Below the pieces are notes generated by a model. That model was not told the DNA's origin. It was given only the letters and a program-made list of their open reading frames with translations, and ran no database searches. Of a stretch of DNA of 55,303 bases, positions 38,301-46,300 are shown piece by piece. A program made the translations under genes and the position numbers. Numbering within the stretch: position 1 is the stretch's first letter; every line of letters begins with the position of its first letter. Origin of the DNA: a virus (taxonomy: Duplodnaviria; Caudoviricetes); IMG/VR virus record IMGVR_UViG_3300006026_000017, positions 1-55,303 of that record, one strand, 5' to 3'.

Positions 38301-38715
38301 TGAATTATATAACAAAGAGGGTCAATTTGGAAATTCTTTAAAAGTTGGTTATCCATTCTTTGTATCAAATAGTACGGTAGGCACTGGAGTTACATCACTT
38401 ACAGGTGCAGGAGTTACTATTGGAATTGGAACTACATCAATTGATAATATCTACGAAGTTGCAGAAGTTTCAATATCACCAAATAATGATAAAGTTGGAA
38501 TTGTTACATGTAGAGCTATTGTTGCTGATTTAAATTACAATCCCGCAAATACAAATTTTGGAAAGTTCTCTTGGGGAAGATTTTCAAATTTAACTAGAGA
38601 ATCGGCACAACAATTTACTATTTCTGGAAATACTGTTTCTGGATTATCTACATATCCACAAATTCAAAGAAGGGGATATGGACTTCGTGATAGTGGATCA
38701 TATTCCAATTCATAA
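26314..38715 (+). CDS. gp7: giant baseplate wedge initiator / structural protein (4133 aa)
   Basis: Between gp6 and gp8; QIPEFI...FLKQYY.SQE, SKGT..SF..LFK.LY, YHYH-like HSPIIGWAYDGNPIYG...LDEHNGRF, DNDYYQ.LSYSIKS. Confidence 0.85.
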   Translation: MADTKFDARIKVSQIIKNQIPEFISSNEENFVEFLKQYYISQEYRGSSLDIGSNFDQYLKLDNLTHDTVSREYVLTQNVFYSDDVIHVDSTSGFPDEYGLLKINNEIITYTGKTSTSFTGAIRGFSGVESFDAEDRGQKNLVFRSSSVETHSTNDKVLNLSNLFLKEFFKKLKYQFLPGLEEIDFASGLNLGTFIKESKSLFQSKGTVDSFKILFKVLYNVDAKIIDTEEFLIKSSSAEYIRRKVLFARLRSGTNPTKIIGQTLISSDGTASAPISEIDYYPSTGGDDIYRISIFEGYNDRDLLIGSFKETPVSKVIGDVSAGSQTITVDSTVGLPSSGNVISGNNSISYTRKSVNQLFGCSGILENISDSDEIKSSDYVYSYEDGDVNKIVTFEVKNILSEFNFDSNYNLVEENDPISINNLGEYVEDVGEDNTYKQFVFNSWIYNTSSRFQIESSSSNTSHILREHPNKNSLKVGDDIQIFYRGSIQPIGEATVLSIFANQSNSTKGDLIISNLVLNNPNIDLTEGLNLDIRRVIKKAKISSTSIPLKYSDVMANIQNTYDEDSKNIYVATNSIPDYEINAEDISLEIQSLDAVSNNTIIFSSETSLKFLLGDKITYTHSADGNAIIGLENNKEYFVKVQNQNAIKLYTSLSAVVTDTFLTLSTESLTASSHKFTLSKLFSKEIVPSLSLRKFPLESSKNTRTKIKTIPNTTVATLINGVEVSTYKDVDRVFYGPIQKIDILEQGENYDVVNPPQIQISDPTGIGGTTCLVSPIISGSVKSILLDVKDIPIKKISSVSISGGNGTGCVLEPVIENKHREIEFDATISVNASTDSISFVNNHYFSDGQRVVYNKNNNDPIGIGTFGGSNLDQNKFLLNGGSYFVKYITAKSIGLYESLNDYIAGINTVGFTTTNTAGIHKIRTFDYDKLLTDIRVIEPGSGYEHRSIIITPENRNISISTTRSSINFKNHGFKDGSIVKYTSTSEISGLNNSQNYHLIKLDDDSFRLANDQIDYSKKKYINFGDIGGNVDHIFNYSSITVDINVSYANTGQIITATPVVRGEIIDISINESGSKYGSEVLNYENPPLVFIKNGKGAVVSPVIINGIIDSVTVLNGGSEYYSLPDLIINTKSGAGAKLKPIIDTSTGKLTGVFVVKGGIGYKQSDTIDVETVGKGCKINPRIRPLTINSNSKFGDETIRPIINTQEATYTVLGYLDKLRESLKDNFGTENSGSEHSPIIGWAYDGNPIYGSFGYINPNDATAVKRIESGYTLDSSKIYDRPSLTSFAEGIFVEDYVFDGSGDLDEHNGRFTKTPDFPNGTYAYFSTIIPDPSIPGKFLPDFPYFIGDTYKSDLLDGVLDQNQENFDLQNSGLLRNTAPYRLGQKFSKNDYVDFEFIDRFDAAKIDFSSKGDISSFSIDVDGFDYKVGDPLTFDNSKVQGSGVSAEVSEVKGKDITSVSYTELKESNVVLEKESFGLRLHVNPYHTFNNQSYVKIDNESTNIPGLSGFHKINVEYNTSVLSEEIVINSGIVTDIFVSSIPKTISIGSTIGIGTENMEVLNVFNNSRIVRAKRSVLGIAHSVGSVVTYRPDSFTIPFVIDEIDSFKNKKVYFNPTQSIGIGTTPGNSSEVSYTINNIENTISLLNGSIYLPNHGFKDKEKVTIARPSGTSAITVHNNSTGNQFQLLNSVENETVYIIKKSDDIVGIITSLTGIGNSDSGLSFVTNGTNDHEYYFQSQNNQITVDASEINATVSVSTSHGLQKDDIVKLNVIPNNNVGIGSSTSLKSIFNTNIQRILINPVGFNSSGINTTNNSITIPNNNFSTGDKVFYEADIEASGLSTGSYYYILKLSDDVISLSETLYDATSKNLAVVSIGGTGGSSQKLSLVNPQINVIKNNNLVFDISDSSFANKTIKFFKDNNYVNEFISTSDETSFNVIGVGTPGQSGAKVTLNYTDSIDYDLYYIVEDLVEGAFVLPDKDVRSFSKISYIDSFYNNTFTVSSVGLTTFAVNLVGLPEVSQYTTGDVKSFEYSTNSKTAIGPISKIRKVSPGFNYKSLPSFTGVESDLGDGAGISLLTNTIGVPQSINIVNTGFSFPTDKTLSPSGILPIIANLKENQQILDITVTSGGSGYYSEPSMVLVDSETRKSVDTASFIAELDGSSISRVVSVNATGLDLKKYELISTNNTNGILINTIEYQSGIVTCILSTPIGGFLTPPFAANDQIFVEGVEKTDTSGDGFNSTDLGYRYFTVLEYQNTSPAKIVFDISKFTSDPGTPIKTQTFASVVNKSALPTLEVTLEESPFIPNEEILIDIGNGYVLSDNIIISSEANIAKIDGPDFIKVGYSIKGISSGSTAKINKITSLSGRFKINPVYSTSDGWRSNTGALSEDYQVLSDNDYYQKLSYSIKSPISYETLIDPVNKLVHSTGLKNFADVGITSSVSIGLGDTTSTLSIVIDFASDLRIDRIKEFDIVKDIDVVLEKDLNPGNIDQYIKKSKYVEFQNKNLTDYFVCKTNRVLSIDNVENEFSSVTFGQEKYVDLITYPRFLKYSSFLVQSVGIGSTEQQFDDLVVLNDNLNSYTINRGTLVNSNEIEYYSEVGGFLDEFGNLSLRYEPEDPFEKTYNIKVYRNNFDTGLSGIGTTSIGFVDITSNVKTVGVGSTSQIVGIATSSTEAILTEIIAIDSLTDKINFFEVATVNNGTISNHAEYYFDTENLIGKSSDPFVSIGSTIDTNGTLKINLTNLKSNNIIYKTKTINIGPSSVGLGSTYRFLANGQPEGSERSAFLQSTHVETGNLSVGLGTIIASFDSNTVASSKSLVKIKNIDSGNTSVHQILLLDDKTDTFIMPKFYVSMASTTGIGTFDSNIVGGNANLLFYPDFNANYEISMYSQVLYRELDIENITLDKEYGNIIESIKNSRFNAINGDGNDQLEFEMEYNGVPIFQKTFDPTDTAKLNRSTGVFSINDHFFSNNESLTYTPTSTFLGVAATSIGIGTTSVGGTVFVGDFIAGLSTITGISSSLLEFFEVGQTVSGPSVPASTQIVSIGNTFQYFIGNVVGVGSTVITGIANTSIFKVNAGIFSGDGTSLGTIQSIGQETVTSNQTIDVGIGRTYYTDNVGLGISLSNVSTASTIRQSYVCGLTTDVCPSNVFAIVSDPNTFKLTGTNNSSVAFTFTNTGGGNAHTLTMNKNIEKTLINIDGITQHPIAFSPISYTINDNITNSQEYIRLSGISTINPRDLLKIDDEYLEVIIVGLGTTASGPITRTGTTPLIKAKRGAVGSVASTHTSGSTAQLYKGSYNIVGNKLHFTSAPKGSGENDRENSSGIKFERSSFNGRVFLRQDYSKNIIYDDISSKFNGIGRTFTLKNSGQDVDYVEPGSGFLYVNEIFQTPTTANNEGNNYDLNDNGSTTDIVFTGIKDPVDDDIIISNSDVNQNGIPRGGIIVSLGSTPGLGYAPLVGASVTAVVGAGGSIVSVGLGTTDHPGSGYNGLIGIAVTVFEENHVGTEASVVATVGLGGTLTFTVDNGGTGYTNPQIFVSDPSYSNLNAIGISRLGIGTTTDTGIGFAVNLEVGAASTTGIGSTYFEVTNFEVINNGYSFNRGDKFTIVGLVTDANLSEPIHNFELEVLETYHDNFALWQFGEMDFIDSIKLSQDGEKVRFPLYYNGDLLNFERDLSDPNSIPIDLKELLVIYINGILQIPGESYNFDGGTSIVFSSAPDAEDDVDIFFYRGTRGVDSKIETINEIVGIGDQIQIMKEPNFVLTRDQNPRTIFDIRESDLIETNIYTGPGISTEGDAQSSQFITNEKFVDIIPQKSDIIINGNEISKSRNRIASKVYPTSRLISDLSSSDSQIFVDDAQSFDYEENELSINIPEFDLIILEGVDKTPAQLQVVVSSASTISSINIISGGSGYEVGSVDVEFSNPSNGIGAGIGTIAQATATVSAAGTVSSISVTNGGFGYSTANLPQVLVPLPTNKIENVTSVKFVDGFSGIITGVTTTTTSGNPAIRFELYNKEGQFGNSLKVGYPFFVSNSTVGTGVTSLTGAGVTIGIGTTSIDNIYEVAEVSISPNNDKVGIVTCRAIVADLNYNPANTNFGKFSWGRFSNLTRESAQQFTISGNTVSGLSTYPQIQRRGYGLRDSGSYSNS

Positions 38716-38731
38716 GTGCAATTAAGTCAAC

Positions 38732-38737
38732 TAAATA
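38732..38737 (+). promoter_or_regulatory. T4-type late promoter
   Basis: TAAATA before gp8. Confidence 0.75.
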
Positions 38738-38755
38738 AAAGAAAAAATAACTAAA

Positions 38756-40339
38756 ATGTCTGGAGCTATTGTAACAGATCAATTTAGAGTTTCTAATGCG
38801 GAAAATTTCGTAAATTCTTTTGATCTCAATACAAATTCATATTATCTATTTGTTGGATTGGCTAATCCAACAGAAGATTATTTTGGTAGAAGCACTTCTT
38901 GGAATGTTTCGACCCCTTCACCAAAGGATGATTTTTCAAATACTGCACATACCAAGGATACGATTATTTTTGGCAAAAAAATAACTTCCGTTGGTTTAAG
39001 AAGATTAGTAAAGAAAAGATCATGGGTTTCCGGTACGAAATATGAAATGTATAGAGATGATTATAACTCCTCAAATCGCTCTCCAATAACAAATTCCAGC
39101 AGATTATATGACACAAGTTATTATGTAATAACATCTGAGTTTAAAGTTTATATTTGTATAGATAATGGATCTTCTGGAGATAATTTAACGGGAAATCCAT
39201 CAATTGATGAACCAAGATTTACTGGTTTAGAACCTGCTGCAGCAGGTTCTAGTGGGGACGGATATCTCTGGAAATATCTGTTTACTATCGATCCTACAGA
39301 TGTTATAAAATTTGACTCTACAGATTATATTCCTCTTCCAAATAATTGGAATACAACTGATAATGCGGTTTTAAAAAATATCAGAGAAAATGGAAATTCT
39401 GATGCAAATAACAATCAAATAAAAAAAGTTTATATTGCAAATAAGGGTTCTGGATATAGTGGATCTGGAGTTTGTGACATATTAGGCGATGGAACTGGAG
39501 GAAAAGTTCAAATTGAAATTAATGGAACTGGAGAAATCACTTCTGCAATAATTACAAAAGGTGGAAGTGGATATTCTTATGGAATTGTTGATTTAGATCC
39601 ATTTAATGAATCTGTATTTTCTGATGCAAATATTAATAATCATGCGGAATTAATTCCAATTATTCCCCCATCAAAGGGACATGGATATGACATATATCAA
39701 GAATTAGGTGCTGACAAAATTCTTTTATATGTTCGTTTTGACGATAGCAGTAGAGACTTCCCAACCACAACAAAATTTTCCCAAATTGGTTTGATTAAAA
39801 ATCCTAAAAAATATGGTGTAGATGAATTATTTACCGATTCTCAGTTTAATGGACTTCATGCAGTTAGATTGAGTACCGCCATTCAATCACCAATTATTGG
39901 AGAAATAATCGAACAATCCTATACTGATAATAATTCAAATTCAGTAAAAGCTAGAGGTTATGTTGCTTCTTATGATGATTCTACTAGAATTTTAAAATAT
40001 TATCAAGATAGAAGTTTGTATTTTGCGGATGAAAAGACTCATAAAGATAGTAAAGAAAATAGAACCGTAGAAACTAGAGGAGTTTTACAAATCACCTCTA
40101 CTGGGGGTAATATTTCATTTTTAAGTAGCAGTCAAACATCATCTGTAGATTCTACTCTGAATGGATCAACCATGACAGTTGATGGTAGTGTTATTGATTT
40201 GGGCGTTTCATTTACAGATGGTGTTGCTGCACCGGAGATAAATAAAAACACGGGTGAAATACTTTATCTAGATAATAGACCTGTGATTTCTAGAAATACT
40301 AGACAAAAAGAAGATATCAAAGTAATACTGGAATTCTAA
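38756..40339 (+). CDS. gp8: baseplate wedge subunit
   Basis: AIVTDQFR..NA.NF, W.SGT.Y.MYR.DY, DGYLWKYLFTI, C-terminal QKEDIKVILEF. Confidence 0.93.
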   Translation: MSGAIVTDQFRVSNAENFVNSFDLNTNSYYLFVGLANPTEDYFGRSTSWNVSTPSPKDDFSNTAHTKDTIIFGKKITSVGLRRLVKKRSWVSGTKYEMYRDDYNSSNRSPITNSSRLYDTSYYVITSEFKVYICIDNGSSGDNLTGNPSIDEPRFTGLEPAAAGSSGDGYLWKYLFTIDPTDVIKFDSTDYIPLPNNWNTTDNAVLKNIRENGNSDANNNQIKKVYIANKGSGYSGSGVCDILGDGTGGKVQIEINGTGEITSAIITKGGSGYSYGIVDLDPFNESVFSDANINNHAELIPIIPPSKGHGYDIYQELGADKILLYVRFDDSSRDFPTTTKFSQIGLIKNPKKYGVDELFTDSQFNGLHAVRLSTAIQSPIIGEIIEQSYTDNNSNSVKARGYVASYDDSTRILKYYQDRSLYFADEKTHKDSKENRTVETRGVLQITSTGGNISFLSSSQTSSVDSTLNGSTMTVDGSVIDLGVSFTDGVAAPEINKNTGEILYLDNRPVISRNTRQKEDIKVILEF

Positions 40340-40342
40340 AAA

Positions 40343-43300
40343 ATGTCCCAAAAAACTAATTTAAATTCAAGTCCATATTATGACGATTTTGACTCTGGAA
40401 AAAATTTCCATCGCGTTTTATTTAAACCAGGATTTCCAGTTCAATCGAGAGAATTAACAACTTTGCAATCAATATTGCAAGATCAAGTCGAAAAATTTGG
40501 ATCACATTTTTTTAAAGAAGGATCTGCTGTTATTTCTGGTGGCGTAAGATATGAGAGTCAGTATTATGCGGTAAAAGTTAAATCTGTTGTATCTGGAATT
40601 AATATATCATTATATTTAAATAATCTTGTTGGTAAAGAAATCAAAGGTCAAGATTCACAAGTTACTGCAAAAATTAGATCAGTTTTACCTGCATCAGAAT
40701 CTGATGAGGGATATAATACTTTATATGTAAAATATGATCAGGGAAATAGTAGTTTTGAATTCCAACCATTTATTGATAGTGAAGGATTAGTCGTTCAAGA
40801 ATCTGTTGTTTATGGAAATACAACGATTGCTTCTGGTGACTTAGTTGCGGAGTGTATTGATTTTAGTGCTACCGCAATTGGATCATCATATTCAATTTCC
40901 GATAGTGTTTATTTTATTAGAGGTCATTTTGTCAATATTCTTGGACAAGAATTAATATTAGATCAGTATACAAATACACCTTCTTATAGAATTGGTCTAG
41001 AAATAAGTGAAGAAATTATAACTGCTAAAGATGATAATACATTATATGATAATGCAAAAGGATTTTCGAACTATGCTGCTCCAGGTTCAGATAGATTAAA
41101 GATCACAGCAAAACTTTCCAAAAAATTGATATCAGACTTTGATGATAAAAATTTCATAGAAATCGAAAGAGTTAATAACGGTACAATAATTACTAGAAAT
41201 GAACCGACCAATAATTACAATATTTTAGAAGATTATTTTGCAAAAAGAACATTTGAAGAATCTGGAAATTATTCGGTAAAAAATTATAATATTGAACTTC
41301 AAGAGAGTTTAAATGACAGAGTATCTTCGAATGGTTTGTACTTAAATACAGAACTCACACTGGATGGAAATACTCCTTCGGAAGATTTATCAATTCTAAA
41401 AATTTCCCCAGGAACTTCATATGTAGAAGGGTATAAAATTGACACTCAAAGTACTTATATTGATGTAGAAAAACCTAGAGAAACTTCACAATCAACACAA
41501 ACGTCCGTTCCTTTCGAAATGGGCAACCTATTGAAAGTTAATAATGTTTCAGGCACTCCTATAATTGGAATCAATAATAATTCATACTTAAATTTACAAA
41601 GTAGAAGAAAAGAATCTACAATTGCAGGAGCAGGGACAACAATTGGACAGGCAAGAGTTTATAACTTTTCTCCCAGTGAAACATATGAAAATACTTCCTC
41701 GCAGTGGGATTTATATCTTTTTGATATTCAAACATATACTATATTAACATTGAATGATGCTGCTTCACTTACAGCATCAACTAATATAAAAGGTAGAAGT
41801 AGTGGTGCTAGTGGATATGTTGTATCTGTAAATGGTCAAGAAGTTACTTTAAACCAAACTTCTGGTTCTTTCTTGCAAGGTGAGCAAATTTTAATTAATG
41901 GAACTACTGAAACAAGTAGATCTATCAAATCTATAAAAATATATGATGTATCTGACATTAAATCAGTATATCAAAATACTGAAGTACTTTCTGGGTTTTC
42001 CACTGATTTTGTTGCAGATTCTGTTTTAGAAAAACAAATTGGAAATAATTTCAGTATAGTTGATACCTTAGAGATTAATGGGGGGATTGCAACCTGCCCA
42101 GGAAAAAGTTTTGTTGGAATAAAAAGCGATACAATCATTAGATATCAGAGATCTGGAATTGATTCAGAGACTTTTAACAGAGTTGAATCTGTTTCCGATG
42201 ATGGATCATCAATTACATTATCGGGATTATCTACAGTTTCAAATGTTTGTGATGGTGCAATTGCTAATGGACAATCGGTAACATTCTCATTTGGTTTTCC
42301 AACAATTTCAAATAAACAAAACGCTTCTTTGTTTACGGAGTTACCAGCATCGAATATTGCCGAAGTAAATTTTTTAAATTCTAATATCAATATTTCCAAG
42401 CAAATAACTTCAAAGTCTACAGATAGTAGTGGACGATTAACTGTTAGTCTTTCTGATGTGGGAATATCCAGTGCATTTTTTGATGCTTTTGATGAAGAAA
42501 AATATTCTATTATCTATTCGGATGGTTCTATTGAACCATTATCTTCAGATCAATTTTCTCTCCAAAATAACATTGTCACGTTTAAAGGTTTAAGAACCTC
42601 CCAATCATCAGTTACAGTAAATACGTCACTCAAAAAATCATCAATTGTAAATAAATTAAAAACATTAGATAGAAGTCAAAAAACTTCCATTGCATTTACT
42701 AGATCGGGAATTTCTACTTCATATGGATTAACTTCAAATCCATATTATGGTTTGAGAGTTGAAGATGATGAAATTTGTCTGAATACTACAGATGTATTAA
42801 AATTATTGGCAATATATGAATCTATTGATGGTGCTGCTCCAGTATTAGATACACTTTCCTTTAACTCTTCTTTAGGTTTAGATACAAATTCTATCCTTGG
42901 AGAACAAGTGATAGGAAAAACTAGCAATGCAGTTGGCCAAATTGTAACTCGCAAATCAACATCCGAAATAGAAATTGTATATTTAAATGATCAAAAATTT
43001 GATCCGGGAGAAACAGTTTTATTTAAAGAATCTTTAATAGAAAGTCCAATTTCATCAATAACTATTGGACAATATATAAACAGAATTGGAGATTATACCT
43101 TAGATAATGGACAAAAAAATGAATATTATGGATATTCTAAAATTGTTAGAAAGTTTGGAGTCAGGTCTCCATCAAGAAGATTATTAGTCATATTTGATAA
43201 ATATACGTCAACTGGTTCAATGGGAGATGTATTTACAATCTCTAGTTATGATACTGGACTTGAAAATATTCCACTCAATTCATCTGGTGTCAGATTATCT

Positions 43301-46300
43301 GATCTTTTGGATTTTAGACCAAGAGTTTCTGATTTTAACGTTGTAACAGCAACAAGATCTCCATTTGATTTCTTATCCAGAGATTTTTCTGCAACTTCAT
43401 TTGAGGTCATTTCGCCTAATGAATCTTCTACATTATTCTATTCAAATTATTTGCCCAGAATAGATAAACTCGTTTTAGATAAACAAGGAAAGTTTAGATT
43501 AATAAAAGGAAATCCTGAGATAAACCCATCAGAACCTTCAAATAGATTTGGTGGAATGGAAATTGCTTCCATAGAACTGCCAGCATATCTTTTTAATTCC
43601 AGAGATGCAAAAATATCTCTCATAGATAATGCAAGATTTACTATGAAAGATATTGGTAGAATAAGAGATAGAGTCGAAAACTTGGAAAGAGTTACTTCAC
43701 TGTCGCTTTTGGAATTGGATACAAAATCATTGCAAATTAAAGATAATGATGGATTTTCAAAATTCAAATCTGGATTTGTTGTTGATGACTTCAAAGATTT
43801 ATCTTTAGTTAATATTAGTGATCCCGATAATAATATTATTATTGACATTAATAATAATCAATTAGTTACTGATAGAGACGAATTTTCATTAAAATCCATT
43901 TTAGCACCAGCACAATCTTTAAATTTGAATACCTTAGATTATAATACAGATTACGAATTATTTGATAGTAATCTCAAAAAAACTGGAGATGTTGTTACTC
44001 TCGATTATGTTGAAGAAGAATGGGGAGTTTTAACTCAACCATTAGCAACTAGAGTATCAAATGTCAATCCATTTAACGTAATATCCACAACTGGAACAAT
44101 TACGCTTTCTCCAAGAAATGATACATGGACAAGAACGATAGTTGTTCAAGGTGCTGCCAGAACTAATTGGATTGCTTGGTGGAGTGGAGCAGAAACATTT
44201 GAGAATAGATTGACGAGTGAATTAATTAATAGAACTGCTGATCCCTTTATGAGATCCAGAAATGTTGAATTCCAATCAGCTTCTTTACCTTCACTGACAA
44301 GATTTTATTCTTCTTTAGATTCAAACTCCCAAGTTGATATTATCCCAAAATTATTAGAGATATCTATGGTTAGTGGAGTTTTCCAAGTTGGAGAAACTGT
44401 GCAAGGGTTTGTTGGCGATCAAAAAATAATTACTTTTAGAGTAGCAACTCAATCTCATAAGAGAGGTCCATATAATGCTACAATTAATGATGAGGGAGCA
44501 CAATTTTACACATATAATCCATACGACAATCCCAATTTAGTTCCTTTATCTGGTTATAATTCTGCATCAACTGTTCTGAATGTTGATATTTCATCATTAG
44601 CAGAAGAAGCAGTTGGAGAATTTAATGGAAGAGTTGAAGTAGGAATGACTTTGATTGGTACTACCTCTGGAGCAGAAGCAACTTTAACAAGAAATCGATT
44701 GATAAGTGATTATGAAGGACATATTTTAGGTTCTTTCTTCATAAGAGATCCTAATCAAAGTCCTCAACCTTCTGTTAGGATAACGACTGGAGAAAAAACA
44801 TTCAAACTAAGTTCTAATATAAATTCTTCCGAGGTTTTACCAGAAGGTTATGTAGTATCTACTGCAGAAGGAAATTACACTTCTGAAGGAACTGTTCAAA
44901 CTATTCAAGAATTCTTATTAACAGTAAGAAGGCAAGCACCTCCTCCACCACCTCCACCGCCACCACCACCAGTAAACTGGGGAGATCCTTTGGCGCAATC
45001 ATTTGCAGTTACAGATGATAGTGGATATATTTCATCAATTGATCTTTGGTTCTATCAAAAGGATACATTTCAACCTGTTATACTTGAACTTAGAACAATG
45101 GAACTGGGTCTCCCAACTACTCAGTTGGTTAGTAATAATTCAGTTATTGAAATACTTCCTGAGGACATTGTCGTTTCTACAGATGGACGAAATAGTGCAT
45201 TTACCAGAGCAACATTCCCAAGTCCTGTTTATGTTGAGAGAGGACAAAGTTATGCGATAGTTTTACTGTCCCCATATTCAAACAATCATTATGTTTGGAC
45301 CGCTAAAATGGGGGAAAGCACTTCAGAAACTAAAAATTTACCAGATTCTGAAACAGTTATCTATTCTAGACAATATATTGGTGGCACTCTATTCAAATCG
45401 CAAAATGGAGTAACTTGGTCTGCAGACCAACTTGAAGACATGAAGTTCAGAGTCAATAGATGTAGATTTACTTCTACTGAAGGCACTGCATATTTTTATA
45501 ATCCATCTCTCCAAAGAACATCTCTTAAAAGGGATTTTAACTCACCAAGTACTTATTCAACAGAAAATAATCCAATAACTGTCTATCCAAGAAAATTAAA
45601 TGTTGGTCTTCAAACAACATTTGATTCTGGATCTATACTTACAGTTGGCAGAAAGGTGGGAACAGATGGTTCATCAACAACTGGAATTATTGAACAAGTT
45701 GGAGGAGAAATTCTTACAACAACTCTAACAAATGTTGGAGTTGGATATTCTGTGGGATCATATTCTAATGTTCCTCTTTACAATATATCAGGATCTGGTA
45801 GTGGAGCACTTGCAAATATTGTCATAAATTCTTCCGGAGAATTATCTAGTTTATCAATAGCATCTAGTGGAATTGGTTATGTTCAGGGAGATGTTCTTGG
45901 ATTGACTACTTCTAACGTTGAGAAAGGTTCTGGAGCAAGTATAACAGTTGCATCCACCAGAGGCATCAACATGCTGTATCTTACAGATGTTGTTGGGGAA
46001 ACTTTCTATCCTAATGGTACTACTGCATTATCATATTATAATGGAAATACTGCAGTATCTTTGGGATCAACATATACTACCAGTAGTGTAGTTTCCGAAG
46101 AAATATACAGTGGAAATGTTTTTGAAGTTTATGATCACAGTCATGGAATGCACGCTTCTAACAATTCTGTGAAAATTTTTGGAGTTGAACCAACCACAGT
46201 TGGAGTTAAACTTTCACAAGATTTAGTTGCAGACTCAAATACATTAACTGTAGATAATGTTGGAATATTTACAACATTTGAAGGTCAACCAGTAGGATCT

